A stretch of DNA of 64,000 nucleotides from Eledone cirrhosa (Eukaryota): contig OZ024759.1 of assembly GCA_964016885.1 (NCBI GenBank), positions 30,504,001 to 30,568,000 on the forward strand, written 5' to 3'. The translations under genes were made by a program, and so were the position numbers. This document shows positions 1 to 13,952 of the stretch, in pieces. The notes below the pieces were generated by a model. It was not told where the DNA came from and made no database searches. It saw only the letters and a list, made by a program, of their open reading frames with translations. Numbering within the stretch: position 1 is the first letter of the stretch; each line of letters opens with the position of its first letter.

Positions 1-28
1 TCCTCACCATCATCATCAATCGTCATCG

Positions 29-83
<55 letters not shown>

Positions 84-286
84 TATCATTATAATCACTA
101 TCATCACTACCTCCATCATCATCATAAATATCATCATCATCATCATCATAACCTACTGTCATCATTATATTTCCCATCATCATCATCATCACCATCAATA
201 TCATCATTATCAGCGTCATCATCGTCATCAACTCTTTCTCTCACGCACTATCTCTCTTTCCCTCTTTCTCTTCCTCCCTCTCACTA

Positions 287-320
<34 letters not shown>

Positions 321-543
321 CCCTCTTTCTCTCTCTTTCTCTCCCCCTTTCTCTCCTTTCTCTCTCTCTCTCTTTCTCTCTCCCTCTTACGCTTTCCTCC
401 TCTGACGCAATTTCTTTGCTTGGTGTGGAAACACATCTTCCCTTCCTTATCCTCATCCTCAAACTCCTACTAGTTCTTCTTCTTCTTCTTCTTCTTCTTC
501 TTCTTCTTCTTCTTCTTCTTCTTCTTCTTCTTCTTCTTCTTCA

Positions 544-574
<31 letters not shown>

Positions 575-935
575 CTTCTTCTTCTTCTTCTTCTTCTTCT
601 TCTTCTTCTTCTTCTTCTTCGCCTTCTTCTTCTTTGCCTTCTTCTTCTTCTTCTTCTTCTTCTTCTTCTTCTTCTTCTTCTTCTTCTTCTTCTTCTTCTT
701 CTTCTTCTGTTACAGTTCAATTGTTTTTTCCTTCAGTTTTCTTCCTCTTCTCATAAAAAGATAAAAAGAAAAAAATATTGCACACACACGTGCACATACT
801 CATACACACATATACACATACTCACACACACACACACACACACATACACACATACGTATACTCACACACACACTCACATATGCATACAGACATATACAGA
901 TACACACATAAACATACACATACAGACACACACAG

Positions 936-1021
<86 letters not shown>

Positions 1022-2050
1022 CAATACAAGGAAAAAACAAAGCAAATAATTAATGAAAAAAGAAATGATCACCACAAAAACCACCAACACAACAACAACA
1101 ACAGCATGAAACAACAACAACAACAACAACAGCGTGAACAACAAGAACAACAACAGCAGCAAGAACAATAACAACAACAATAGCAACAACAACAGCAAGA
1201 ACAATAACAACAACAACAATAACAACAACAACAACAACGACAAGAACAACAATAACAACAACAACAATAACAACAAAAGAAACAAAATGGACGAGAAAAC
1301 AATATGAAAGACATTCTTAAAACGAAAGAAAACTTTCATTAAATTCTATTAATCATTAATCTAGTTGATTGACATGTCGCTAATTGTAGCTGCCAAATTA
1401 AACACTCTCGCAAGAAGATTTATAACTTTGTATTTTGAAAGGAAAACTATGAAACTATAATGAATGGCAATCGTTCCTGTAATTCTAACGACAGAATACA
1501 TGTTTTAGCAAACATACAGCGGCCATTTTAGAATATGGAGAAAAAGGTAAAAAAATGAATAAATAGAGACCAAAACCCCGCCACCAACTCCGACTCCAAC
1601 ACCACTAACAACAACAACAACAACAGCAGCACCAACAACACCAACATTAAGACCAGCACCACGTCCATTAACACCGCCACCACCTCCAACACCACACCTA
1701 TACCGCGGACACCACCACCAACACTATCAACACCTCTACCACCAACACCACAAACACTAACACCACCAACACCACCGACACCGACAACAACAACACCGAC
1801 AACACAACCATTAGCACCACCAACAACACCGCCATTACCACCACCACCACCACCATCATCATCATCACTGCCTTCATGTTACAGTAATTATGGACGACGA
1901 ATCCAATGCGATTGAAATGATAATAAATTTAAATGAAATGGTTTTAAGCTGACAACAACAACAACAACGACAGTAACAACAACAACGACAATAACAACAA
2001 CAACAACAACAACAACGATCATAACAATGGCAATAACAACGACAATACTG
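1..2050. repeat. Compound microsatellite block: (CAT)n, (CT)n, (CTT)n, (CA)n, (TA)n, (AAC)n, (ACC)n
   Basis: Directly visible simple repeats, representative of many such blocks across the window. Confidence 0.95.
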
Positions 2051-2718
2051 CAAGAAGAAGACAAAGAGGAAAAGAAAAGAAAAGAGATACATCATTTAGG
2101 GAGATGTTTTTCTTTTCTTTTCCTCTTTGTCTTCTTCTTCCCCCTGTCTCATCCTATTACTTCCTTTCCACCCTCTATTTTCTTCCTAGTCTGCTTTTCC
2201 CCTTCACCTACCCCGGTGCAGCCCATCGGGCCTCTGTAGCATCAGTTACACCACCCCTGTAATCTTAAGATAACATTGGTCGAATACGTTTTACTAACTA
2301 CTTATAGCAGATGTGTTAAACCCCTTTAATTTTGTATCAGTTCTGGTACTACTCATTTTCTACAAGTTTTTTCTATTGTCAACTTATTAACCTGTAATTG
2401 TAAGATAGCATTGTGATTTTTTAAAATTCATTTCTCACTATCTAATTTTATATATTTTTTTATTTATTTCTATTATCTTGTATTGTCTCCTACTCTCATT
2501 CGATTTACCTATTCTATAACCCCCTCCTTCACTTCATACACTATCCTCAGAATCTGCTGCATACATATCACTTTCAACGCTTGACCGCTCCTGTCACTCC
2601 CCTATTGTTCTACAGGCAGGTTCAGCCACCCCTACCTCCCACCAAATGCCATGATAGACTCATTTGTGTTTACAACAAATTTTAACCAATCCTCTTGACA
2701 ACTACAATCTTCTCATAT

Positions 2719-2915
2719 AAGGAATTACCCCCTTGAAAAGTTCGGCTATTTATTCACCAGGCTAAAACTTCTAATTTAGTCCAGAAATAGCCGTCGAAAC
2801 GGCTTGAGCTCTGCGTCGGGGTCATACTTTTTCCTATTTCCCACTCTACTACCCTAAGTATTGAGTACTCCGGTGCGTTATGGTCCATCTGGTTCCTGAC
2901 CACAATTCCTTTGTT
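2719..2915 (+). mobile_element. Short non-coding Penelope-pLTR-like element (family B) containing a type-I hammerhead motif with U3-A8 core
   Basis: CCCC-TTGAAAA-G(TT)CGGCTATTT...AAATAGCCG(T)C-GAAAC-GGCTTGAGCTCTGC-GTC-GGGG, followed by TAAGTATTGAGTAC...GGTTCCTGACCACAATTCCTTTGT and then (TA)n. Homologous copies at 26063-26262, 44614-44812 and 54877-54960. Confidence 0.7.
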
Positions 2916-2920
2916 ATATA

Positions 2921-3010
<90 letters not shown>

Positions 3011-3055
3011 TATATATATACATATGAATGTATATGTAGTATATGTATATATATA

Positions 3056-3105
<50 letters not shown>

Positions 3106-3160
3106 TATGTATGTAGTATATGTATATATATTTATGAATGTATATGGAGTGTATATATGT

Positions 3161-3223
<63 letters not shown>

Positions 3224-3731
3224 AAGTGAAACAAAGTACATTCTAACACACGAGTGCACATTCACATATACACACACACATACACACATAGTATAACATC
3301 TAGTTTATCATAATATCTAAGCACGAAATAACGTGTCTCAGAAACATGGTAAAAAAATAAATTCGTAAATAAATTAAATGCTAAAATTATCCATAAATTT
3401 TATCTATCGATCATTTTAACATATAATTTTAAAATAAACAGAAATACAAGAAGGAAAAATATTGCTATCTGTTTCCTCAAATTTCTCTCATAAATTTCAA
3501 TAAATGTTGATCTTTCTGTGATTTCAAATTTTGTTAAAATTCAGATCATATTTCATATTTTCGTCTCGGCGGACATGTTGGTTTTATTGGTCGTTCATAT
3601 TTACGACGTAGTATTTCTATTACTGTTGTATTTTTACACTTTCTGTCCGCCATCATATATATATATATTTGTTTTATTATCTTTATTGCTTTTTTAACTA
3701 TATATTTCTTCTTTATTTCATTCCTTCCTGC

Positions 3732-3806
<75 letters not shown>

Positions 3807-3875
3807 TTTTCTTTCCTTCCATTTGAAGTTATGCCTACTTTAGTAACACACACGCATGTATATATATATAAATAA

Positions 3876-3947
<72 letters not shown>

Positions 3948-4233
3948 TCGGGTGTTCTTATCTGTGGATGATACTTCTACATCTGCCATGTTTTTTTTTT
4001 AGTTTTTATTTATTTTTTTTTTTAATAAAAATTGGTCAGGTGTGAGGGTTGAAAATAAATGAAAATTTATGCTGGAAGCGTTAGAGACAGGGGAAAAACT
4101 AGGAACTCACTCGGTATAATTTCCAACAACAAAAAAATACCCGCTTTATAACCAGGTGAATGACGAGCCTATAGAGAGATCACTGCATGGCGATGATGAT
4201 GATGATGATGATGATGATTATTATTATTTTTAT

Positions 4234-4837
4234 TGGATTGGCATCGGTAGAGGGTCGGACGCCATGCTTTGTCGCATAGAGTTACGGCCCTTTATGATCT
4301 CAGTTCAAATCCCGCCGAGGTTAACTTTGCCTTTCATCCTTACGGGGTCGATAAAATAAAGTACCAGTAATGTACTGGGTAATTGCTGGCCTTGTGCCAA
4401 AAGTAGAAACAATTATTAAGGGCGGTGGATTGGCAGTATCGGCAGAGGGTCGGACGCCATGCCTTGTAGCATAGAGTCACGCCCCTTTATGATCTCAGTT
4501 CAAATCCCGCCGAGGTTAACTTTGCCTTTCATCCTTACGGGGTCGATAAAATAAAGTACCAGTAATGTACTGGGTAATTGCTGGCCTTGTGCCAAAAGTA
4601 GAAACAATTATTAAGGGCGGTGGATTGGCAGTATCGGCAGAGGGTCGGACGCCATGCCTTGTAGCATAGAGTCACGCCCCTTTATGATCTCAGTTCAAAT
4701 CCCGCCGAGGTTAGCTTTGCCTTTCATCCTTACGGGGTCGATAAAATAAAGTACCAGTCACGCACTGAGGTCGATTTCATCGACTTTTCCCTCCCCCCAA
4801 AATTGCTGGCCTTGTGCCTATATAAGAAACCATTATT
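4234..4837 (+). mobile_element. Head-to-tail trimer of tRNA-derived SINE family 1 (unit ~195 bp)
   Basis: Units start at about 4234, 4420 and 4615. A-box-like TGGCAGTATCGG (partly deleted in unit 1), B-box AGTTCAAATCCC, central GCCTTTCATCCTTACGGGGTCGATAAAATAAAGTACCAG, and 3' end GGCCTTGTGCCAAAAGTAGAAACAATTATT. Confidence 0.9.
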
Positions 4838-4840
4838 TTT

Positions 4841-4939
4841 ATTGTTTCTGGTTTTGGCAGAAGGCCAGCAATTATCCCAGTGCATTACTGGTACTCTATT
4901 CTATCGACCCCCGTAAGGATGGAAGGCAAACTTAACCTC
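4841..4939 (-). mobile_element. SINE family 1, 3' half, tail-to-tail with the trimer
   Basis: Reverse complement of the central and tail regions of the adjacent copies. Confidence 0.8.
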
Positions 4940-5350
4940 TAATTGGTTAATTGTAAACATGACATAAAATACTTGAGTCACGTCACAATATTTTCTCAAC
5001 CAATGAACGCGAGAATATGATACACACACATACACACACACATACAACACACATACACTCACACATACTCACACAGAAATGCACACACACACTAACACAC
5101 ACAATAACACATAATCATATATATGTTACAGACCCATGTTGAAACAAGATTACCACTCATAGACACACAGACACACACACACATCTGCAGGCACACACAT
5201 ACACAGACAAATACACATGCACACACACACATATATATATAGATATCAGATAAATGGAGAGAGAGAGAGAGAGATGGTTTGAGAGAGATTAACAACAACA
5301 ATCGCATCAACTATAACACATTAACACCTGTTGTACACACACACACACAT

Positions 5351-5406
<56 letters not shown>

Positions 5407-5433
5407 GTTGACAGAGAGAGAGAGAGAGATAAA

Positions 5434-5593
5434 GACACCATGCTTTGCAGCATAGAGTTATGGCCCTTTGCGTTCTGAGTTCAAATCAGTCGGCGTTAAC
5501 TTTGCCTTTCATCCTCACGGGGTCGATAGAGATAAAGTACCAGTAATGCACTGGGGTAATTGCTGGCCTTGTGCCAAAAGTAGAAACAGTAAT
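5434..5593 (+). mobile_element. SINE family 1, 5'-truncated copy
   Basis: B-box GAGTTCAAATC, central domain and GGCCTTGTGCCAAAAGTAGAAAC tail are present. Confidence 0.85.
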
Positions 5594-5733
5594 ATGTATT
5601 GCATACATATAGACACAGACATTGACAGACAAAGAGAGACATGGATAGACAGAAGTCAACAACAACAACAGCACCAAACACAGTAAGATATATAGTGCGC
5701 ACATATTTCACACATATAGACACACAGACAGAT

Positions 5734-5836
<103 letters not shown>

Positions 5837-6437
5837 GTAGTCGTTTAATTACTCTGTGGAGTCTGGCTAAAATTTAAATAAGATTTATTGGAATATAACT
5901 GTCATTGGAATCAATGGTTGTGGCTAGGAGAGATTAATCTGTCACATTTATCTGCCCCTAACTTTCTCCCCACCCCTACGCTTCGTTCTTCTTCTTCTTC
6001 TTCTTCTTCTTCTTCTTCTTCTTCTTCTTCTTCTTCTTCTTCTTCTTCTTCTTCTTTGCCTTCTTCTTCTTCTTCTTCTTCTTCTTCTTCTTCTTCTTCT
6101 TCTTCTTCTTCTTCTTCTTCTTTTTCTTCTTTTTCTTCTTCTTCTTCTTCTTCTTCTTCTTCTTCTTCTTCTTCTTCTTCTTCTTCTTCTTCTTCTTCTT
6201 CTTCTTCTTCTTCTTCTTCTTCTTCTTCTCTTTCTCCTCCTGTCTTAATACTTTTTCTTCATTTCTTCTTCTTCTTCTTCTTCTTCTTCTTCTTCTTCTT
6301 CTTCTTCTTCTTCTTCTTCTTCTTCTTCTCCTCCTCTTTCTCCTCCTGTCTTGATACTTTTTCTTCATTTCTTCTTCTTCTTCTTCTTCTTCTTCTTCTT
6401 CTTCTTCTTCTTCTTCTTCTTCTTCTTCTTCTTCTTC

Positions 6438-6614
6438 TACCCCAGCCACCCTCTCATTCCCTCTCTGTCATCAGACCTGAAGACACACGGACAACGCGAT
6501 GCTTAACCATCACTCAACATATGTTGGTTTAAAACTTCACTATTCACAAGTGGTTTTTAAGCTTCATATCATGTATCTCTATTTTATCTGATGAAAACGC
6601 AGATAACATCCCAT
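6438..6614. mobile_element. 177-bp unclassified dispersed repeat abutting (CTT)n, copy 1
   Basis: Near-identical to 18379-18555 with the same two endpoints. Both copies start immediately after a (CTT)n run. Confidence 0.7.
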
Positions 6615-6772
6615 TTTGATATTTGTTTTTGAAATGCGCATAATAAAATACTTGGCACTCTTTTAACCATCTTTTGATCTTATATTAGTTATACTCCAGT
6701 CCTACAAACTGTAGAGTGCTACTTATCCGATATTTGCATTGCTTTATTGTGCTACAATAAAACTCACCTCCT

Positions 6773-6830
<58 letters not shown>

Positions 6831-6958
6831 GTGAGGTTTTTTTTACAAAATGAAAAATAACCGAGGTGTCCTATACGAGTGAAAGCATAATGAAAAAAGA
6901 TTAAATCGAAAATGCAACTGGAGTCTTTTTTTTTAAAATATACATATTTATTTGGTTC

Positions 6959-6994
6959 CTTTACCGGTTTCGCAGTTCTTCTGCTTTTCAAAAG
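6959..6994 (-). ncRNA. Minimal type-I hammerhead ribozyme motif with U3-A8 core
   Basis: Minus strand reads CTT-TTGAAAA-GCAG-AAGAA-CTGC-GAAACCGGTA-AAG. Stem I CTT/AAG, stem II GCAG/CTGC, palindromic stem III ACCGGT, GUA cleavage triplet. Lies in a ~210-bp island between (TA)n runs. Confidence 0.7.
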
Positions 6995-7025
6995 TAGAGT
7001 TGAGATGGTGGGTCTGTGGTTTTCT

Positions 7026-7109
<84 letters not shown>

Positions 7110-7599
7110 ATAATTACGTAGTAGTTATGTATATAATTATATCTTAGGAGTGGCAAAATATGTTGTTTAAATGTTAGAAAAGAAAAAAACAACGCCTCCA
7201 CTAATATCGTAAATAGGTAAAAGAACTGTACATAAAACATGAAGTCTGTGTGTTTATATGTGTGAGTGCGTCTGTGTGTCTATGCGAGTGTGTGCGTGTG
7301 TGTATGTGGCCGTGAGTGTATGAGTTTGTATGCGTGTATGTAATATGAGTGTGTACGAAAACGTCTGTGTGTCTGTTCGAGTGTGTGTGAGTGTGACTGT
7401 ATGGGTGTCAATATTGGCGTGAGTGTATGAGTGTGTATATGTATGTGTAAGTATGAGTGTGTATGAGAATGTGCGTGTGTCTATGTGTCTGTGTGCGTGT
7501 TTGTGTCTATGTGTGTCTGTGTGTGTATCTTTCGGTGTTGGTCTTTCATGATTTCATTAACAAAGTCATATTATATACGTAATTGGATTGATACAGGTG

Positions 7600-7699
<100 letters not shown>

Positions 7700-8231
7700 C
7701 ACATATTTAAATACATAAACACACACACACACATATATAAATATATATGTATGCATATACATATTTAAATAATACACACAAACACACACACTCATATATA
7801 TATGTGTGTGTGTTTGTATGTATATGTGTTTGTGTGTGTGTGTGTTTGTGCCTATATATATATATACATATAACATATGTATATATATATTAATATATGT
7901 ATTTACCTGTGTGTGTATGTGTGTGTGACCTTTCTTGATCGAAGTTAGTCATGTATGTGTTATCAGCCGCTTGACCTTTATGCCAGCATTCCTCCACCTC
8001 TTCCACGGCAGCCATGTTAACTGAAGCAATGTCGAAATCAGTTTCTTGTTCAGAAGGAAGCCATTTTGAATGTAGACAATTTGACCTCACCATACAGAAT
8101 CTTTTAGTGAGAAACTTAGCTACGCGTCACTTAATCTCTCTACCTCTCTAGCATCTATATATATACCTATGGACTTATGTATTTATGAATCTTTGAGTAC
8201 GTACGTACTTATATATATTTAATATAGAAAT

Positions 8232-8325
8232 GCTTCTACAGGACTAGAACTATTTCATTCGGGAGAAATCATTGTATTGGGTACCTCACTTGCTGTGGTT
8301 ACCCCTGATTGAACCTGCAACCATA
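8232..8325. mobile_element. Degenerate fragment of hammerhead-bearing family A
   Basis: CTTCTACAGGACTAGAACTATTTCATTC..GAAATCAT matches 19487-19537 and is joined to GTATTGGGTACC, as seen at 40635. The CUGAUGA core is incomplete. Confidence 0.55.
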
Positions 8326-8432
8326 TCCGTATATATATCTATATATATATATATATATATATATACATACACGCATATTTCCACTCACACATATATGCAC
8401 ATATATAAGAATACACACACACACACACACAT

Positions 8433-8480
<48 letters not shown>

Positions 8481-8491
8481 ATATATTAATG

Positions 8492-8543
<52 letters not shown>

Positions 8544-8644
8544 TATATACGTATATATTAATGCATATATATACATATATATATATTAATATATACGTAT
8601 ATATTAATGCATATATATATACACACATATATATGTATATATTA

Positions 8645-8693
<49 letters not shown>

Positions 8694-8912
8694 CTGTTTT
8701 TTCCGTTATTTGGATTCCGAAATGTTTTTAAGCATCGTCCAAAAGAAGGAAACACTAAATGAACATCGAAATGGAATGAAGAGAATCGGAACAGAAAATC
8801 ACCTCTAATACTTCAATTAACTACAGTTATACATAGATACATAGAGCTGGCCATAGCTACATATTTCTTGAAAGACAGTTATACAAAAATATTTATGTTA
8901 TATATATATAAC

Positions 8913-9004
<92 letters not shown>

Positions 9005-9014
9005 ATATGTATAT

Positions 9015-9101
<87 letters not shown>

Positions 9102-9146
9102 ACATAAATATTTATATATATATATATATATAGATATATATGTATT

Positions 9147-9201
<55 letters not shown>

Positions 9202-9219
9202 ATATGTATATATACATAT

Positions 9220-9269
<50 letters not shown>

Positions 9270-9313
9270 CATAAATATTTATATATATATATATATATAG
9301 ATATATATGTATT

Positions 9314-9360
<47 letters not shown>

Positions 9361-9374
9361 ATATACATATATAC

Positions 9375-9445
<71 letters not shown>

Positions 9446-9653
9446 TTTATGTTATATAACTGCTCTGTAGAACAACTGATGTTATTACATTGAGCTATTT
9501 ATCTTACTGGTAATAAGTTAGTAATAAATTACTGTCTTTCTCTGTTTAGGGTTTAAAATATATATAACTATAAACATTTTAGTATATACATAACCATAAA
9601 TAGTATCCTTAATACTATATATATATATGTATATATGTATATATGTATATATG

Positions 9654-9687
<34 letters not shown>

Positions 9688-9794
9688 CATATATGTATAT
9701 AAATACATATTTATATATAGACATTATATACATACATATATGTATACATACATATACATATATACATATATATATGTATATGTATATATATATG

Positions 9795-9879
<85 letters not shown>

Positions 9880-10419
9880 GTATATGTATATATATATATA
9901 TACATATTTGTATATCTATATATGTATATATAGTGTATATATATGTATATATATTAATGATGAATATTGATAAATAAAAACATAAATATATGATATATAT
10001 ATATTTTAATGAGGAATATTGAAAAATAATGCATACAAATTTATATCATACATATTTACAGCGTTTGTATATTATCTAATTCCACTTATAATCATATATA
10101 TATATATATGTTATATATATACATATTATATATATATATTTATATATATATAGCTATAAATTATGTCCCTAGCATCATTTGATAAGATATATATACTCAA
10201 TTTCCTCTCCCATTATATATTTTATATATTTACAGTGTTTGTATATTATCCATTCTCAGTTGTAATTATTGTAGACTGAAGCCATCTTGAATTATCCTTT
10301 GAGATATTTGATATTTTGATAGAAGAAAATATTTCTGTTTGTTGTTGTTGTGTTCTTGTTGTAGGGGCATTTGTTTTAGTCTTTGCTATTGTTTGTTGTA
10401 CTTGCTGTTGTTGTTGTGG

Positions 10420-10462
<43 letters not shown>

Positions 10463-10665
10463 CGTAGCAGATGTTTTTGTCTTTGTTATTGTTAATGTAG
10501 TATTGTTATTGTCGTTGTGGTTGTTGTTGTTGTTATTCTTGCTGCTGCTGTTGTTGTTGTCGTTGTTGTTGTTGTGTTTTTTTTTTTTTCTTCTTCTTCT
10601 TCTTCTTCTCTTCTTCTTCTTCTTCTTCTTCTTCTTCTTCTTCTTCTTCTTCTTCTTCTTCTTCT

Positions 10666-10700
<35 letters not shown>

Positions 10701-10705
10701 TTCTT

Positions 10706-10738
<33 letters not shown>

Positions 10739-11061
10739 GTCATCATATTCTCCTTCGTCCTCTTCTTTATGTACGTACATATGTATGAATATATGTATGT
10801 ATGTATGTACGTATCTACGTATGACGTACGTACGTATGTATGCATATATATATATATATATATATGTGTATATATATATATATGCATACATACGTACGTA
10901 CGTCATACGTAGATACGTACATATATATATACGTACGCACGTATGTATGCATATATATATATGTATATATATAATGTGAAGGCGCATGGGCTTAGTGGTT
11001 AGAGCATGTGGGCTTGCAATCTTATGGCTAAAACAGCACGACAGACTGGTCGGTCAAGGTG

Positions 11062-11120
<59 letters not shown>

Positions 11121-11538
11121 GGGAGAGATGACCCCTTAGCCTTGTCAAGACACAATTCTAGGAGAAGGAAAACTCTGATATAACAACTGCAACCCTGATG
11201 GTATCCAATGATGTTGACTTGTTCTTCTTTTTGATAAATATCATCTTGGTTAAGAGAGTGGGACTGGCTTTGTGCAGTGCCTTTGCTCACTATAAAAGCT
11301 TCACGGCACAGGCATTACTTTATATCTGGAGATCTCTCTGCACTTGTCGTCACATGGTACCATGGGCCCAGCACTATGTGTCAATAATTGGTCACAAGTG
11401 TAGTGTTTGTACCAGAGTTTGCAAGTCGCTGGCTGGACTAAAAAGTCACACTCGTTTAGCGCATCGGTAGGGGTTCTCCTACATGGATATAGAGTAGTGG
11501 CCGTGCTCGAAAACGAGTTGGCAGCCACCATGTATGTA
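11121..11538 (+). mobile_element. 5'-truncated RTE-like LINE 3' end with C-terminal C2H2 finger and (TGTA)n tail
   Basis: Encodes HKCSVCTRVCKSLAGLKSHTRLAHR-stop. The short 3' UTR ends GAGTTGGCAGCCACCA-TGTATGTA. (TGTA)n is also on the 5' side. Second copy at 20437-20696. Confidence 0.7.
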
Positions 11539-11799
11539 ATACTACCCTAGATTTCGTTTGTAACCACTCTGTCATGCGGGAACTGGGTAATTTGAGAATG
11601 AATCTGCTGAGATCTCTTCCTCCCTACCTCTCTAAGTAGCTCAGTGTTGACAAGACCTATCCACTCTCTGACCAGTGTCACTGCAGAAGCTATCTATACC
11701 TACCTTCATATATATATATATAAATGTTTGTGCGTGTGTAGAGACGTAGAGATAGGACGGCCAATGGATACGTCTCTCTCTCTCTGTTTCCGTCCCTCT

Positions 11800-11865
<66 letters not shown>

Positions 11866-12003
11866 TATACATATATATATATACATCCGTCCACCTATAT
11901 ATCTACCTATCTATCCCTCTACTATCCAACGTACCTGTCTAACCTATAAGCAAAAATTATTATATTAATATAAACAATCATCTTTGACGGTTATTCTGTT
12001 GGT

Positions 12004-12034
<31 letters not shown>

Positions 12035-12067
12035 TACACACTCACACACTAACACACATGCATATAA

Positions 12068-12101
<34 letters not shown>

Positions 12102-12108
12102 ATGTATG

Positions 12109-12142
<34 letters not shown>

Positions 12143-12258
12143 CATAATCGGAGAAAGCTAATAGCGATACTCCGGCCAAATCCCAACTCACTCAACAAAC
12201 ATTAGGAAATAACTGAGTATATATATATATGTATTTATAGATATATGTATGTATACCA

Positions 12259-12403
<145 letters not shown>

Positions 12404-12985
12404 TAAACATAAGTATACTTATTTCAATTACTAGTCTGTTTTCAAAGAAATTCAAAGTAGTAATTTGAATTTATTTATTTGGAAAGCATAATCTTACATC
12501 AAAGAATAAATAGATAATCATTCTCCATATTTGAGTCGTTGTTTTTACTGAGAAACGAATTACCGTAAAATTATTTCTTTGCCAAAATATTCTTTAATTG
12601 AATGTACGTAAGAACTACTCTGTAAGTTGGGAATACTTTTGAAACGTTCACTGCGATATACTTTGTGCAGGGTCGTTTCGGCTTTCTACTTTTAGTGATC
12701 AAATACCCCTGGGATCGATAAATAGATTAACAAATCAATACTGCAGTCGATTCTTCTTTCTTTTATAAGTGTTTCTGACCTTTTATATTATCTGGACCAA
12801 AAAAAAAAAAAAAATCAGGGCTATGTTTCGTGCTTGAGAACGGTGGGTCTCCCAATGTGTTCTCCCTAAAATACCCTGTATGTCGTTATGGTACCCGCAT
12901 GAATTTACCTAGTTTATATTGTTTTGTTTTCTTCTGTTTCTTACTCATACTCTAGTCTATCTTACTATATTTTCTTCCATTCTTT

Positions 12986-13020
12986 CTTCTGATGAAGGAC
13001 TAACGTCCGAAATGGTAAGG
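12986..13020 (+). ncRNA. Minimal hammerhead motif (family C)
   Basis: CTT-CTGATGA-A-GGAC-TAAC-GTCC-GAAA-TGGTA-AGG. Core and stem II are intact; stem III is degenerate. Confidence 0.6.
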
Positions 13021-13122
13021 TTCTTTTCCTACTGTATTCTGCGGTAAACTAATATATATCCTCATTGTTCTGTATCGGCCGCCTTTGTTGGCTTTCTTCA
13101 TTGATCTTTCACACCCACACTC

Positions 13123-13154
<32 letters not shown>

Positions 13155-13242
13155 ATGTGTGTGTGTGTGTGTGTGCTCCATGTATATGTGTTGGGGGGCA
13201 AAAAGTAAATGGGGAACAACGCAGCGAACTATACAGTGCAGG

Positions 13243-13277
<35 letters not shown>

Positions 13278-13297
13278 TCTAACGATTGACATATTTC

Positions 13298-13520
13298 GAA
13301 AACAGAATTAATGTTTCGAACGTCAGTCCTTCATCAGAAGATAGTATGAGAAATAAACGAAGAAATAGAAAAAGTGGAGGAGGGTGACAAGAGGCAAAAA
13401 CGATAAAGCTTAACATAGTACGAAAACAGTCTAAACGTTTCGACATTCATTCCTTCATCGGAATATAGAATGAGAAATAAAGGAAGAAATTGGAAAAAAA
13501 AACTGAGGAGGGTGAGAAGA
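13298..13520 (-). mobile_element. Tandem pair of ~123-bp pLTR-like repeats, each with a minimal hammerhead motif (family C)
   Basis: Minus strand CTGATGA-A-GGAC-TGAC-GTTC-GAAACATTA (13308-13337) and CCGATGA-A-GGAATGAATGTC-GAAACGTTT (13433-13461). The surrounding sequence is also duplicated. Confidence 0.65.
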
Positions 13521-13919
13521 AGAAGAAACGGAAAGAAAAAAAAATGTTTTAATTGTTTGGAGAAATAACACCTGTGTTTTCTCATCTCCTTTCTAGATGA
13601 ATATTATATTCTTTTTACCTGTATCTTATTTCATCTCTTCGTTTAATTTTTTCTTATCGCCCAACTTCTGTTGCTAGTTTTGCTTCACGTTCTATCCTTC
13701 TTCCTCTTTCGCATCCTTCTTCTTCGTTTACATTTACCTGGCTTCATATTCTCCCGTCATCTCCCTTATTACCCCCCCCCCCCCCACTGCAAGCAGCCAT
13801 ATTACTCAGGATATCTTGACATGGAAACGACAGTAAATTAAAATGAATGTTTTTGTAAGCGAATTATCAGAGAGGAATATTTCATTTTCTCAAATGAAAC
13901 TCTGTGTTGTTATTATTAG

Positions 13920-13952
<33 letters not shown>

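Noticed and set aside
4420-4512. tRNA gene
   Set aside because: A and B boxes are present but no cloverleaf could be built, and the sequence continues into a repeated SINE body.
7890-8093. Minus-strand 67-aa ORF as a host exon
   Set aside because: No recognisable homology, a weak donor site, and it runs into a (CA)n repeat.
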